Positions 54,576 through 64,000 of a stretch of DNA of 64,000 nt are shown in pieces. Source of the DNA: Spirochaetia bacterium (GTDB lineage: Bacteria; Spirochaetota; Spirochaetia; DSM-16054; Sediminispirochaetaceae); contig JAXHMY010000008.1 of NCBI GenBank assembly GCA_034520965.1, positions 96,001 to 160,000 of the forward strand, given 5' to 3'. The notes below the pieces were generated by a model. That model was not told where the DNA came from. It saw only the letters and a program-made list of their open reading frames with translations, and searched no databases. The stretch's first letter is position 1; each line of letters begins with the position of its first letter. The translations under genes and the position numbers were made by a program.

Positions 54576-55595
54576 ATGATCCCTGTATTCCGACCTTCAA
54601 TCCGGCGCAAAGAGATGGACGCCGTTTTGTCATGTCTTGTATCAGATAGCATTAGCAATGGGCCCATCGCTAAGCAATTTACCCGGGAACTGTCTGCTTT
54701 TTTTGAGACGGATGGCGGGGTTCTGCTGCGCGAGTACGAACGGGCCATTGATATATCCTTAGAAGCCCTCGAATTAGAGCAGGGTTCCGGTATTATTATC
54801 TCGCCTTTAAGCTCTTCCTTGTATAAGCAGCGGATTGAAGCGAAAGGGTATGTAATGCTGTTGGCAGATGTCGATCCTGATACTCTGACTATCGATCTGA
54901 GTAAAGCCGAAATACTTGCTGAGGAAGCATCGGCCATCGTTGTGGACTCTCCCTTTGGTTTTATCCCGGATATGGACCGGATAGTTGAATTGGGCCTTCC
55001 AATTGTAGAGGACATAAGTATGTCTATTGGCGGGAATACGGGTAATTCACTGTGCGGTTCTTACGGAGATATTGTGATACTTCGAATGGAACCGCAGGAC
55101 CCACTCAATGCGGGGGGTGGAACTGCGGTTATCAGCTCAAGAAAAAAGTATACTTCAAAACTGAAAAAAATTTATGCAGAATGGCCGCCGCAAAGGCTCC
55201 TTCCGGATCTAAACAGCAGTCTTGGATTTGCACAATTTAAAGATCAAGAGAATTTTTTTCTGAAGCGACGGGAGATTTTCAGCCTCTATATTAATGCGGT
55301 TAGAAAAGGACGTCATACCACGCCGGTTCAGAAGGGCGAGGCTGAGCATGTGCCGTGTACCTTCCCGGTGTTTGTGAAGGGCGGAGTGAAGGATGTGCAA
55401 GCCTATGCCCGTAAAAAAGGGGTTGCTACATTGCAGGCTTTTTCCGACAGTATTATTGCATTCAGCGATGCAGATACGGATTCCTGCGAAGGTGCCCGGC
55501 AAATTTACCGCCGCTGTGTACTTTTTCCTTTGTATCCGATGCTGTCTAACTATGAAATAGAGACTGTCAGCAAGGTCCTTTCAACCTTGCCGTAA
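54576..55595 (+). CDS. DegT/DnrJ/EryC1/StrS aminotransferase-like protein, apparently degenerate
   Basis: IPVFRP, GP....F, DVDPDT.TID, IVED, GSYGD, LFPLYPML fold motifs; PLP-lysine motif altered. Confidence 0.75.
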   Translation: MIPVFRPSIRRKEMDAVLSCLVSDSISNGPIAKQFTRELSAFFETDGGVLLREYERAIDISLEALELEQGSGIIISPLSSSLYKQRIEAKGYVMLLADVDPDTLTIDLSKAEILAEEASAIVVDSPFGFIPDMDRIVELGLPIVEDISMSIGGNTGNSLCGSYGDIVILRMEPQDPLNAGGGTAVISSRKKYTSKLKKIYAEWPPQRLLPDLNSSLGFAQFKDQENFFLKRREIFSLYINAVRKGRHTTPVQKGEAEHVPCTFPVFVKGGVKDVQAYARKKGVATLQAFSDSIIAFSDADTDSCEGARQIYRRCVLFPLYPMLSNYEIETVSKVLSTLP

Positions 55596-55606
55596 TAGGA
55601 TAAGCA

Positions 55607-56461
55607 ATGGTGCGAATGATCAAAAGAGTTTTAATAATCGCTAATCTTCACAAAACCGAAGCAACTGAGCTGATCAAAGAGATTAAAGGTTATATGGGTG
55701 AGCGTGGTATTGAAACAGAGGTTTTCGGCTTTAAGGGCAGACCCCAAATTCCCTCGCTTGAAGGCATAGATTTTGTGTTCTCCCTTGGAGGTGACGGAAC
55801 TGTACTGTTTAGCTCCCGTATAGTCGAAAGCCGGGGAATACCTATTTTAGCGGTTAATCTAGGCGCTTTTGGTTTTATTACTGAGATTTCCCAGCATGAA
55901 TGGCGCTCTGCATTTGAAAAATATGTGGAGGGAGAATTGGGCCTTTCAAGGCGCATCATGGTTAAGGTAATGGTAGAGCGCCAAGGAAAGCGAATTGCCA
56001 CTTTCAGAGGCCTCAATGATGCGGTTATCAGCGGTGTAGGTATTTCAAAGATCGTCAGTCTCAACTTAACCCTCAACAAAACCTCCCTGGGACAATACCG
56101 TGCCGATGGAATTATTGTCTCTACACCTACCGGATCAACAGCTTATAGTGTTGCCGCCGGCGGGCCCATTCTGGATCCTGAGATCGAAGCTTTTATACTC
56201 AATCCGATTTGCCCGTTTACTCTCAGCAATCGGCCGATTGTTGTTTCGGGAAATGATGTTATTTTTGCAAATGTAGAGCCCGAACAACGGGCAGAATTGC
56301 TGCTTTCTATAGATGGACAGGAAGAATTTCCCCTTGAAAAGGGCGATAACATTATTTTTGAGAAATCCCACAGCAAAGCCCTCCTGGTACGCTCCGATAA
56401 AAGAAACTTCTATGAAGTTCTCCGTTCAAAACTGAATTGGTCCGGAGGTTCGAATGCTTGA
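55607..56461 (+). CDS. nadK: NAD kinase
   Basis: LGGDGT, NLG.FGF, LND, DGIIVSTPTGSTAYS.AAGGP. Confidence 0.94.
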   Translation: MVRMIKRVLIIANLHKTEATELIKEIKGYMGERGIETEVFGFKGRPQIPSLEGIDFVFSLGGDGTVLFSSRIVESRGIPILAVNLGAFGFITEISQHEWRSAFEKYVEGELGLSRRIMVKVMVERQGKRIATFRGLNDAVISGVGISKIVSLNLTLNKTSLGQYRADGIIVSTPTGSTAYSVAAGGPILDPEIEAFILNPICPFTLSNRPIVVSGNDVIFANVEPEQRAELLLSIDGQEEFPLEKGDNIIFEKSHSKALLVRSDKRNFYEVLRSKLNWSGGSNA

Positions 56462-58145
56462 GGAGCTTACAATTCGTAATTATGCCCTCATTGATCAACT
56501 TGACGTGCATTTTGAACCCGGTCTAAATATTCTTTCAGGTGAGACAGGTGCCGGTAAGTCGATTGTAGTGGGAGCTCTCGGACTGTTGCTGGGTGATAAG
56601 GGAGAAGCGGGTGCAATCCGCAGCGGGAGTGAACAGGCAGAGGTAACCGGTTTAATTAGGGTCGATGCTCACCCTGAAGCACAGCAGTGGCTGGAGGCTC
56701 GTGATCTGCAGCCGGAGGACGGTACTGTGCTCTTGCGCAGATTGGTGCGGAGCTCAGGGCAGGGCTCCAGTTTTATTCAGAGTTCCAAGATAACTCGTAA
56801 GGATTTACAGGAGTTTACTTCTTTTCTTATAGATATGCACGGGCAGCACGAACACCAATCGCTGTTGTCTATCGATAACCACCGGCGTCTGCTCGATCAA
56901 TACGCCGGAAATGTTGAGCTGGCGGCTGCCCTTTACTCTGATTTTTACCAGTTGAGCAGACTGAAACAGGAGTTGGAGCAATTAAAGAAATCTGAACAGC
57001 AACTGCTGCGGGAGAAGGATCTGCTGGAGTTTTCGATACAGGAAATCGATCAAGCCGAACTTAAGCAGGGTGAAGAAGAAGATTTGATCCAAGAGCGAAA
57101 TATGCTGAACCAGTACGAGAAACTGTTTGGCCTGTTTCAAAGCTGCCGCGGCAGTTTAGCTGAAACGGAAGGAGGCAGTCTGGCTTCTCTTCGGGAAGGG
57201 GTACGTGCGCTCCAGCGGATTGCGGAAATCCTTCCGGATATGGCCGAGCATAGTTCGCGCCTGGAGAATGCGTTTTACGAGGTCGAGGATATCCTGCAGG
57301 CAGTAAAGGCGCGGCAGGATGGTATCTCTTATAGCCCGGACCGGCTCGAGGCCTGTGAGGAGAGACTACAGCAGATACATAGGCTTGAGAAAAAATACGG
57401 TGAGAGTATTGAAGCGGTATTAGCCTATCGTTCAAGCTCACAAGAGCGTCTCTCCTCGATGGAACACCAAGAGGAACAGCAGGCTAAGCTATCGGCGGAA
57501 ATAGAGAGTCTAGAGGCCCAGGTGGTGAACCAGGCAAAACAGCTCTCGAGTCGCCGAAGGTCCGCTGCCGACGAATTAGAGAAGAAGATAGAAGCAAAGC
57601 TGCACTCCCTGGGCATGGAAAACTCCCATTTTAAGATCGCCAGTACCTATCGTGAAAGTAAAAACGGGGGACACGCCTGCGGGCCCTACGGGTATGACAG
57701 AATTGAATTCCAAATTTCTCCTAACCGCGGTGAGGAGATGCATCCATTAAAGGATATTGCCTCGGGCGGGGAAATTTCCAGAATAATGTTAGCTATTAAA
57801 AGTGTTTTTGCCGAAACTGACCACATTTCCGCCTTGATTTTTGATGAAATTGATGTGGGTATCGGAGGCGAGGTAGCCAGAGCGGTAGGCGACCATCTTG
57901 CCCAGCTTGGAGTACACAAGCAAATTCTCTGCATCACACACCTTGCCTCAATCGCTGTTCGTGCCGATAATCATTTAAAAGTGGTGAAATACGAGCAGGA
58001 AGGCAGAACCCTTACTAAAGTAGAACCGGTACAGGACATACAGAGGGTAGAGGAAATTGCACGGATGCTTTCCGGAGATCGAAAGGATGAAACTTCTAGG
58101 CGCCATGCATTGGAATTGCTGGAACGTTATCATCCGGAGGAGTGA
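56454..58145 (+). CDS. recN: DNA repair protein RecN
   Basis: SGETGAGKS, HGQHEHQ, coiled coil, ASGGEISR.ML, FDEID.G, ITHL. Confidence 0.95.
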   Translation: MLEELTIRNYALIDQLDVHFEPGLNILSGETGAGKSIVVGALGLLLGDKGEAGAIRSGSEQAEVTGLIRVDAHPEAQQWLEARDLQPEDGTVLLRRLVRSSGQGSSFIQSSKITRKDLQEFTSFLIDMHGQHEHQSLLSIDNHRRLLDQYAGNVELAAALYSDFYQLSRLKQELEQLKKSEQQLLREKDLLEFSIQEIDQAELKQGEEEDLIQERNMLNQYEKLFGLFQSCRGSLAETEGGSLASLREGVRALQRIAEILPDMAEHSSRLENAFYEVEDILQAVKARQDGISYSPDRLEACEERLQQIHRLEKKYGESIEAVLAYRSSSQERLSSMEHQEEQQAKLSAEIESLEAQVVNQAKQLSSRRRSAADELEKKIEAKLHSLGMENSHFKIASTYRESKNGGHACGPYGYDRIEFQISPNRGEEMHPLKDIASGGEISRIMLAIKSVFAETDHISALIFDEIDVGIGGEVARAVGDHLAQLGVHKQILCITHLASIAVRADNHLKVVKYEQEGRTLTKVEPVQDIQRVEEIARMLSGDRKDETSRRHALELLERYHPEE

Positions 58146-58960
58146 AGGTGGCAAAGGTAAGCAGTGAAGCAAAACGACGATATTATGAAAAAATAAAAGA
58201 ATACAAGAGTATTGTCGATAAGATGTCTCAGCATGAAACCAGTATTCAACAGATTATGGATAACCAGGAGAAAGGGCAGGCGTATAAACGTCTGACTCTG
58301 GCCGATGAAGGTCTGAATATGGTTTCATATTATCTATTGATGAATCATCTCTCGGTTTCACTGCTTGGTATTAAAAATGAAGGCTTTCTTAATAATGCCA
58401 GAAAGGCATGCTACAAAAGTATTATCTACCTAGAAGACGTAGTGACCAACTATATCGATGTTCCCTATTCGGAATATGAAGCTTATCTGGACGAAATAGT
58501 TGAATTTGATTATAAACAGAGGTGGGAGCTGCTGTCGAAGCTCGGATTTGCAACCGATGCTATTATTGAAAGCTATGGGTCAAACTCAAAGTGGAAGTGG
58601 TCGTTTGTTGAGCTCGAAGGGCGATTCGCCACTATCTCAAAAAATATGCTGAATCTGAAGCAGCTGGTTGGACAACTCGATCCCAGAGCCGAGGGCTATA
58701 AAGTATACAAGGCTCATCTGACAATGGTAAAGCAGCTATTAGGGGAAGCATCCAACAATTACCGGCAAAAGTATGAGCTGTCGACCCTTAGAATCGATGA
58801 CTTCAAACTGGCAATCCGTTATCTCGCAGCTCTGCGGCGTTTACACATGCTGCTTGGCGAGGTTGAAGAGAGCGAAGTGATTAAGAAAAAAATAGATGTA
58901 TGGAAGAGCAAAATGGAAGCAGATAGTAAAAGCCAAGAAAGCACAAAAAAGCGTGGTTAG
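58142..58960 (+). CDS. hypothetical helical protein
   Basis: 272-aa ORF overlapping the recN stop; no recognised catalytic motif. Confidence 0.75.
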   Translation: MKVAKVSSEAKRRYYEKIKEYKSIVDKMSQHETSIQQIMDNQEKGQAYKRLTLADEGLNMVSYYLLMNHLSVSLLGIKNEGFLNNARKACYKSIIYLEDVVTNYIDVPYSEYEAYLDEIVEFDYKQRWELLSKLGFATDAIIESYGSNSKWKWSFVELEGRFATISKNMLNLKQLVGQLDPRAEGYKVYKAHLTMVKQLLGEASNNYRQKYELSTLRIDDFKLAIRYLAALRRLHMLLGEVEESEVIKKKIDVWKSKMEADSKSQESTKKRG

Positions 58961-58967
58961 ATAGTCT

Positions 58968-60070
58968 ATGAGCATTGACAGAGGGTTTCTCTTCAGGGCT
59001 ATCGCAATTATTGCTGTTCTGGTGTATGCGCTTTTGGGAAGTTACACAATTAAACCTGGTAATGCGTATATACAGGAATGGACAATTGATGTTCAAACAA
59101 AAACTATTGATTCGGACTCAACTGATTCAGACTCAACAGAGGGAATATCTGCAGAGGAATGGATACCCTTTCGAGTAGAAGACTCTTTTGGTTTTGTAAG
59201 TGCTGGCGGGAAACTCCTTCAGAGCTCTTCAATAGATTGGAATATAGCTCTTGGGGAAAGTAGCCTATTGTAACTATACAAATCAGGGGAGTGATCTGGT
59301 AATCAAGAGATCCTATTCGGGATTACTCGTACCCCTTAAGTGTTGAAGGATATCCGGTAGTACGTGGCGGCGATTATTTTGTTCTAAGCCGGGATTTAAC
59401 CGGGGTTTTTGCGTACAGTGCCGCCGGGGAATTCTTATTCAGTAAAGAATTTTCAAGCATCATAACCTCTCTTGATGCGGTCGAGGATACTGTTGGAATA
59501 GGTTTACTCAATGGCAGGGTTGAGTTGTTTAATAAGGACGGCAGCTACCAGACAGGCATACGACCAGAAACCAGTCGAATTAATGTAGTATATGGTACAG
59601 CTTTGTCTTATGCAAACCAGAAAGCAGCTATTGTTCATGGTATCGATCCACAGTTTCTTTCCCTGTACCAGTTTGATGGAAAAAACCCCCAGCGCCTCAG
59701 CCAGATTGAGATCTCGGATCCCAGGCGTTCTCAGGCAAAAATAGCTTTTTCAGAAAATGGCGAATATCTTTTATGGGAGACTGCGACGGATGTACTGGTT
59801 ATGTCGACTGAAGAGCCAATAGAAAGCTTTTCGCTTCCCCTCTCCGGTACGCTGGTCGATTTTGAATTTTTCTCCGAATTGGATGCGATTTATGTATTGG
59901 AGGAGGAGCAGGAATCGGCTGTATTGTATATTTATTCTGCCGATGGCAGGCGGTACAGTAAAGAAGCGTTCTCCGGCCGGCCGCAGTGGCTATCCCGGGC
60001 TGAAGGTAATCTTTATCTAGGAACCGGTTCTCTTTTAAGGAAAGTAGCTATCGAGAGGTTTTCTAAATGA
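58968..60070 (+). CDS. membrane-anchored beta-rich (propeller-like) hypothetical protein, frameshifted near 59270
   Basis: N-terminal TM ORF 58968-59273 and C-terminal ORF ending 60070 with coding-like sequence between. Confidence 0.55.
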
Positions 60071-60953
60071 AGAATGTAATTTCTATATTAGTGCTCAGTA
60101 TGTTTTTTTATTCAGCAGTTTCAACTTTGTATTCCTTTGAGTGGCCGGTTAAGGATCCCCAAATAGTATCAAGCTTTGGAAGTAAGGCCGGTGAGAGTTA
60201 TAATAAGGGGATTGAGATATTCTCATCCGCAGGAGTTGTCTCTCCGATTGAGGCCGGGGAGCTTGTATTGCGCTCCAGTGAATATGCAAAGGGGGTGCAT
60301 GATCTGCCTTCCCCCCTGGGCAACTTGGCGGTTCTTCAGCATGAGCGCGGAATTCAGTCGATCTATGGTCATCTTGGTTCTCCTGGGCAATGGAGGAAGT
60401 TCCTTTTTATGATATCACCGATCAGCTCGGTACAATCGGAAGCAGCGGAACTATAGAGGCGGAGTTTGTATATCTGCAAATAATTGACAGTGAAGTAAAT
60501 CGCTACGTGAACCCCCTGCTGTCACTGCCGTCAATAGGTGATACCGCTGAGCCGCAGCTGAAAGAAGTGACCTTAAGCAGTGCTATAGACTCATTTCCTT
60601 TGGAGAGTACTACAATCGTTCCACAAGGCAGCTATAGGCTTTCCATAAATACCTTTGATGAAAGTAGCGCCGGAGGCACAGTGCATAGGATGGCCCCCTA
60701 TTCCATAAAGGTATATATCAACGGTGAGGCTAGGGATGCGTTAAGCTTCGAATCACTGACTATTCGAGACTGGAGTGCAGTGCCTACAGCTCCGCCGGCT
60801 CAAAAGGCCACACAGCTCTATTCCAGCCCCTGGGAATTCCAATTGGGGGATGTAACTCTACAACCGGGTGAGGCTGCAGTTGAGATTTTTGTGAATGATT
60901 TTTCCGGGAACGAAGCTGTCCGAACTTACCGAATAGAGGTGTCGTCCAATTGA
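60067..60953 (+). CDS. M23-peptidase-like secreted protein, frameshift near 60385
   Basis: Signal peptide, WPV....SSFG, GN..VLQH, YGHL, then G.IGSSG and VNP in next frame. Confidence 0.7.
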
Positions 60954-61807
60954 AAACCTTCTCTAAAACTCCTCAGGAGGCCACATCCATACATATAAGC
61001 TGCCCAATTTGCGGAGATGTTCCCTTTACCGCTGCATGGAAACTGGAAGGATTCACCTTTTCACGATGTTCCGGCTGTAGTTTACTCTATCAGAATCCCC
61101 AGCCCGTGCAGAGCGAGCTTATAGAACGGTATGACGACGAGTACTTTGAATATGAAATTGAAAACCAGGAATCTTTCCTTCAGCTGAATTTGCTCGGCTT
61201 AAAAGATGTCGGTTTTTTCGATAATATACAACCAGAGGTCTTTGCAGGGCAGACAATCCCCCGCTTCTTGGATGTGGGCTGCGCAACAGGTCGTTTGCTT
61301 GAGTATCTCCAGCAGCGGGGGTGGCAAGAGCAGGGGGTTGAGGTATGTGAATCTGCGGCTGATTACGGGCGTCGGCTCCGAGGTGTTTCTATCTTTACAG
61401 GGACCCTGGAAGAGGCTCATTTGCCTGCTGCAGGCTTCGAGATAGTGCATGCGAGCCATGTCATTGAACACCTGCAGTCTCCAGGAGATTTTATCAGCGA
61501 GGCCTACCGCTTATTAAAGCCTGAAGGGTATTTAATTTTAATTACTCCAAACAGCGACGGTTTTCAGGCTAAGCTGATGCGCAGCCGGTGGAGGTCTGCA
61601 ATAGCCGACCACATGGTGTTATTTTCCCGGAAGACTCTCACACTCCTGCTTGAAAAACACGGATTTTACGTCGAGCAGAGCGCCACCTGGGGAGGAATTC
61701 CCCAGGGTATGGCCCTGACTGTAATTAAGAAAAATGCGGACCGAATAGCTAAGTACTTTGGCTGGGGAGATGTTATGGCGCTTCGCGCTCGTAAAAAACA
61801 TGGGTGA
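60950..61807 (+). CDS. class I SAM-dependent methyltransferase with N-terminal CxxC pairs
   Basis: CPIC..CSGC.L...NP, LDVGCATG, HVIEHL, LKPEG.L...TPN. Confidence 0.88.
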   Translation: MKTFSKTPQEATSIHISCPICGDVPFTAAWKLEGFTFSRCSGCSLLYQNPQPVQSELIERYDDEYFEYEIENQESFLQLNLLGLKDVGFFDNIQPEVFAGQTIPRFLDVGCATGRLLEYLQQRGWQEQGVEVCESAADYGRRLRGVSIFTGTLEEAHLPAAGFEIVHASHVIEHLQSPGDFISEAYRLLKPEGYLILITPNSDGFQAKLMRSRWRSAIADHMVLFSRKTLTLLLEKHGFYVEQSATWGGIPQGMALTVIKKNADRIAKYFGWGDVMALRARKKHG

Positions 61808-61809
61808 TA

Positions 61810-64000
61810 TCATCTGCATAAATACCCATCACCTGGGAAAGATTCAAAACCATTTCTAATTTTTCCTTTTCCTTCGAGCTTAAAGCCGATAGTTTCATTC
61901 TTATCAATCTCTTTATAGAAGCCTCGCTGTTTTTTTACCAGTTTCTTCCGATATCGATTCAGCTGTGCAAATACGACTTTTTGCGGGATGGTGAAATCGG
62001 GCTCGATAGATACTAAACGGAGTGCATGAATGAGACGTACCATATAGGCGCACTCTTTCATGCAGCCATCGGCTTTAAGCTGTTCAAAAAACGTCCAGAG
62101 AAGCTGGGTAAGTTGATCGGTGATGCGTTTGGTTTCAATATTTATGCTAAACCGTGCAGAGAACTGGAGTATATCTTCTACTTTTCCAATATCCTCTTCC
62201 GATAAGATGCGTGTTCCCAGCTGCAATTGACGGTAGAGCAGGGTTGTAACGGCTATTTCCGCGGAATGACGAATAACCGGAGGTATTTCAGTGCCCAGTT
62301 TGGCGGCCTCTGTTACCGCAAATCGAATATCTTCAAAAGTTTGCGCGGAGTTTTCAGCAAGGGTGGTTTCGGTAGATCGTACGAGATAGTCAGTTAAGTT
62401 CTGTCGCAATTCCAAGGGCAGTTGTGACAGGTCCTCAATAAACTCCTTGGCCTGACTAAAGAGCAGATTTTTAACGGTAATGTGAAGGCTTCCGACATCC
62501 TTCGTCTCAGCTTTGAATTCAAATTTAAAATTCTGCTGCCGGGTGGTATCAATCAGGTGTAGATTGGCGGTGAGAGGGCTTTTCGAGATTTCCTGCATGT
62601 CTAACAGTGCAAAATACCCATATTGTGATCGAGATTTTTCCTGTCTGTATATTAGACGACGAATAAAAAAATAGGATGCAGCTTCAATCCCATCCGTCTG
62701 AGCTAAGGCTGCTTCCCGTTCGAGTATATCCCGGCCCGAGCCTTCAGATTTATGGTTGCTTAAAGCCGTTTCCAGATCAATGGATAGTATTTTATACAAG
62801 TTTTTTGAAGTAAAAGAATTATATAGAGTAAGAGCTTTTAATGCATAACGTATATTCTGCACTGGTTCTATGCCGGCGATGTCGGCAAAAAACCAGCCGC
62901 AGGAGGTAAACATGTAAAGACGATATTTTTGTCCCTCCAACAAGCTCAATAGGGTGGCAATATGTTCCTCGCTTTGCTTTTCAGAGAAAAGATGTTTTTG
63001 GGCAAACTCCGTAGGTGTAGTCTGTTGAGTTAATACCTGTATGTATTCCTGCAGCAGCAGTTTAGGTACAGTTGCGGTGAGACGGGGAACCTCGTTCTGA
63101 AATACTTCCAACATTTGATCACTTAGCTTTTGAAAGCCCTTTCTCAAGGGAGTCCTCCACTTCTGGTTCCAGCTTGGTTTGCCGCCGGTTGAACAACCGC
63201 AATCTTTGTACCACCGCGATACTCCATGATGGCAGCTCCACGAGCTGCCCCGCTTCTCTTCCCCCTTCCTAAGACGAACTTTGTATTTGGGAGGGAACTG
63301 CTCTAAATAGTTTGCGTAATTAGTAAACTCGAAATGCGAATCCTGCTCGATGTGCTGTTGCAGGGCAGCCAGGCACATGTCACCAAAGGGTTCATGGTGT
63401 CCGTAAATCTCACCGTCTGTAGCAACATGAATCAAATGCCCTGGGTCGGCATTGTTATGGTAAGTCAACAGGCGGTTATAAAGGGCATCGGCACTTCGAA
63501 GGTAATGCTCAAAGCTGATCCCCTGGGCCAGCTCTTGATTGTAGAAAAATGCAGCTAAATCACCGGCCGGCCGTTCTATTTTGTAGGATCGCCAGAAGGG
63601 TGCCGGCTCGTTTTCAAGCTCCTGCCATTCTTCGGATCCTTCAGCGTATATAGCCTCCGCCTGCCAGGGAGAAAGAATTACATAATTAACCCCCAGATCC
63701 AGCAGGATGTCCGCCACCGTTTCGTTTACCGCTGTTTCGGGCAGCCAAATCCCCTCTGATTTCCGTCCAAAGTGGTATTCAAAGTCGGCCAGCCCCCACT
63801 CAATCTGAAGGCGAGCATCTTCAGCGGAGTCCAGAGGTAGAATTGTGTGGTTGTACGCTTGGGCGATTGCATTTCCATGGCCGTTATTCTGTGTAACACT
63901 TAGGCGGTCGGCCTCGATAATGGCTTCATACACATGGGGTGCATGGGTTTTCAACCACCAAAATAGAGTGGGCCCGAAAGTTAAATGAGAGTATTTTGTA
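61810..64000 (-). CDS. GH57-like / DUF3536 domain protein, 5' part outside window
   Basis: AQAYNHTILPL, GIWLPETA, TDGEIYGHH, SSWSCHHGV.RW, MFTSCGWFF; SFNFGPTL motif at window edge with a 1-nt indel near 63980. Confidence 0.85.
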   Translation of the reverse strand, partial: TKYSHLTFGPTLFWWLKTHAPHVYEAIIEADRLSVTQNNGHGNAIAQAYNHTILPLDSAEDARLQIEWGLADFEYHFGRKSEGIWLPETAVNETVADILLDLGVNYVILSPWQAEAIYAEGSEEWQELENEPAPFWRSYKIERPAGDLAAFFYNQELAQGISFEHYLRSADALYNRLLTYHNNADPGHLIHVATDGEIYGHHEPFGDMCLAALQQHIEQDSHFEFTNYANYLEQFPPKYKVRLRKGEEKRGSSWSCHHGVSRWYKDCGCSTGGKPSWNQKWRTPLRKGFQKLSDQMLEVFQNEVPRLTATVPKLLLQEYIQVLTQQTTPTEFAQKHLFSEKQSEEHIATLLSLLEGQKYRLYMFTSCGWFFADIAGIEPVQNIRYALKALTLYNSFTSKNLYKILSIDLETALSNHKSEGSGRDILEREAALAQTDGIEAASYFFIRRLIYRQEKSRSQYGYFALLDMQEISKSPLTANLHLIDTTRQQNFKFEFKAETKDVGSLHITVKNLLFSQAKEFIEDLSQLPLELRQNLTDYLVRSTETTLAENSAQTFEDIRFAVTEAAKLGTEIPPVIRHSAEIAVTTLLYRQLQLGTRILSEEDIGKVEDILQFSARFSINIETKRITDQLTQLLWTFFEQLKADGCMKECAYMVRLIHALRLVSIEPDFTIPQKVVFAQLNRYRKKLVKKQRGFYKEIDKNETIGFKLEGKGKIRNGFESFPGDGYLCR

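Overview
Core-genome window from a free-living spirochaete (Spirochaetota, judged from the 16S sequence, gene order and a FAGGQQE-type signal peptide). It holds ettA, a PfkB kinase and HPr; a branched-chain amino acid operon (ilvB-ilvN-ilvC-cimA-leuA-leuC-leuD-leuB); nfnAB; a cls-GH-cdaA-cdaR-acpS-DUF2225-truA-udg-priA-def-fmt-PASTA run; tRNA-Gly(CCC); thrS; a phosphate locus (pit/DUF47 divergent from phnDCEE); one rRNA operon; and a usp-cheW-DegT-like-nadK-recN run. Many genes carry indel frameshifts that look like uncorrected long-read errors. The main interest is non-coding. First, an Ile/Leu-rich, CTA-codon-rich leader peptide is coupled to a four-segment RNA switch that appears to sequester the ilvB Shine-Dalgarno, suggesting ribosome-mediated translational attenuation. 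Second, there is a complete Thr T-box before thrS. Third, a 142-bp MITE with a 9-bp target duplication has a decayed second copy. Fourth, a triple tandem structured repeat follows 5S. Fifth, several genes have apparent leaderless promoters. All calls come from reading the sequence; no searches or folding programs were run.
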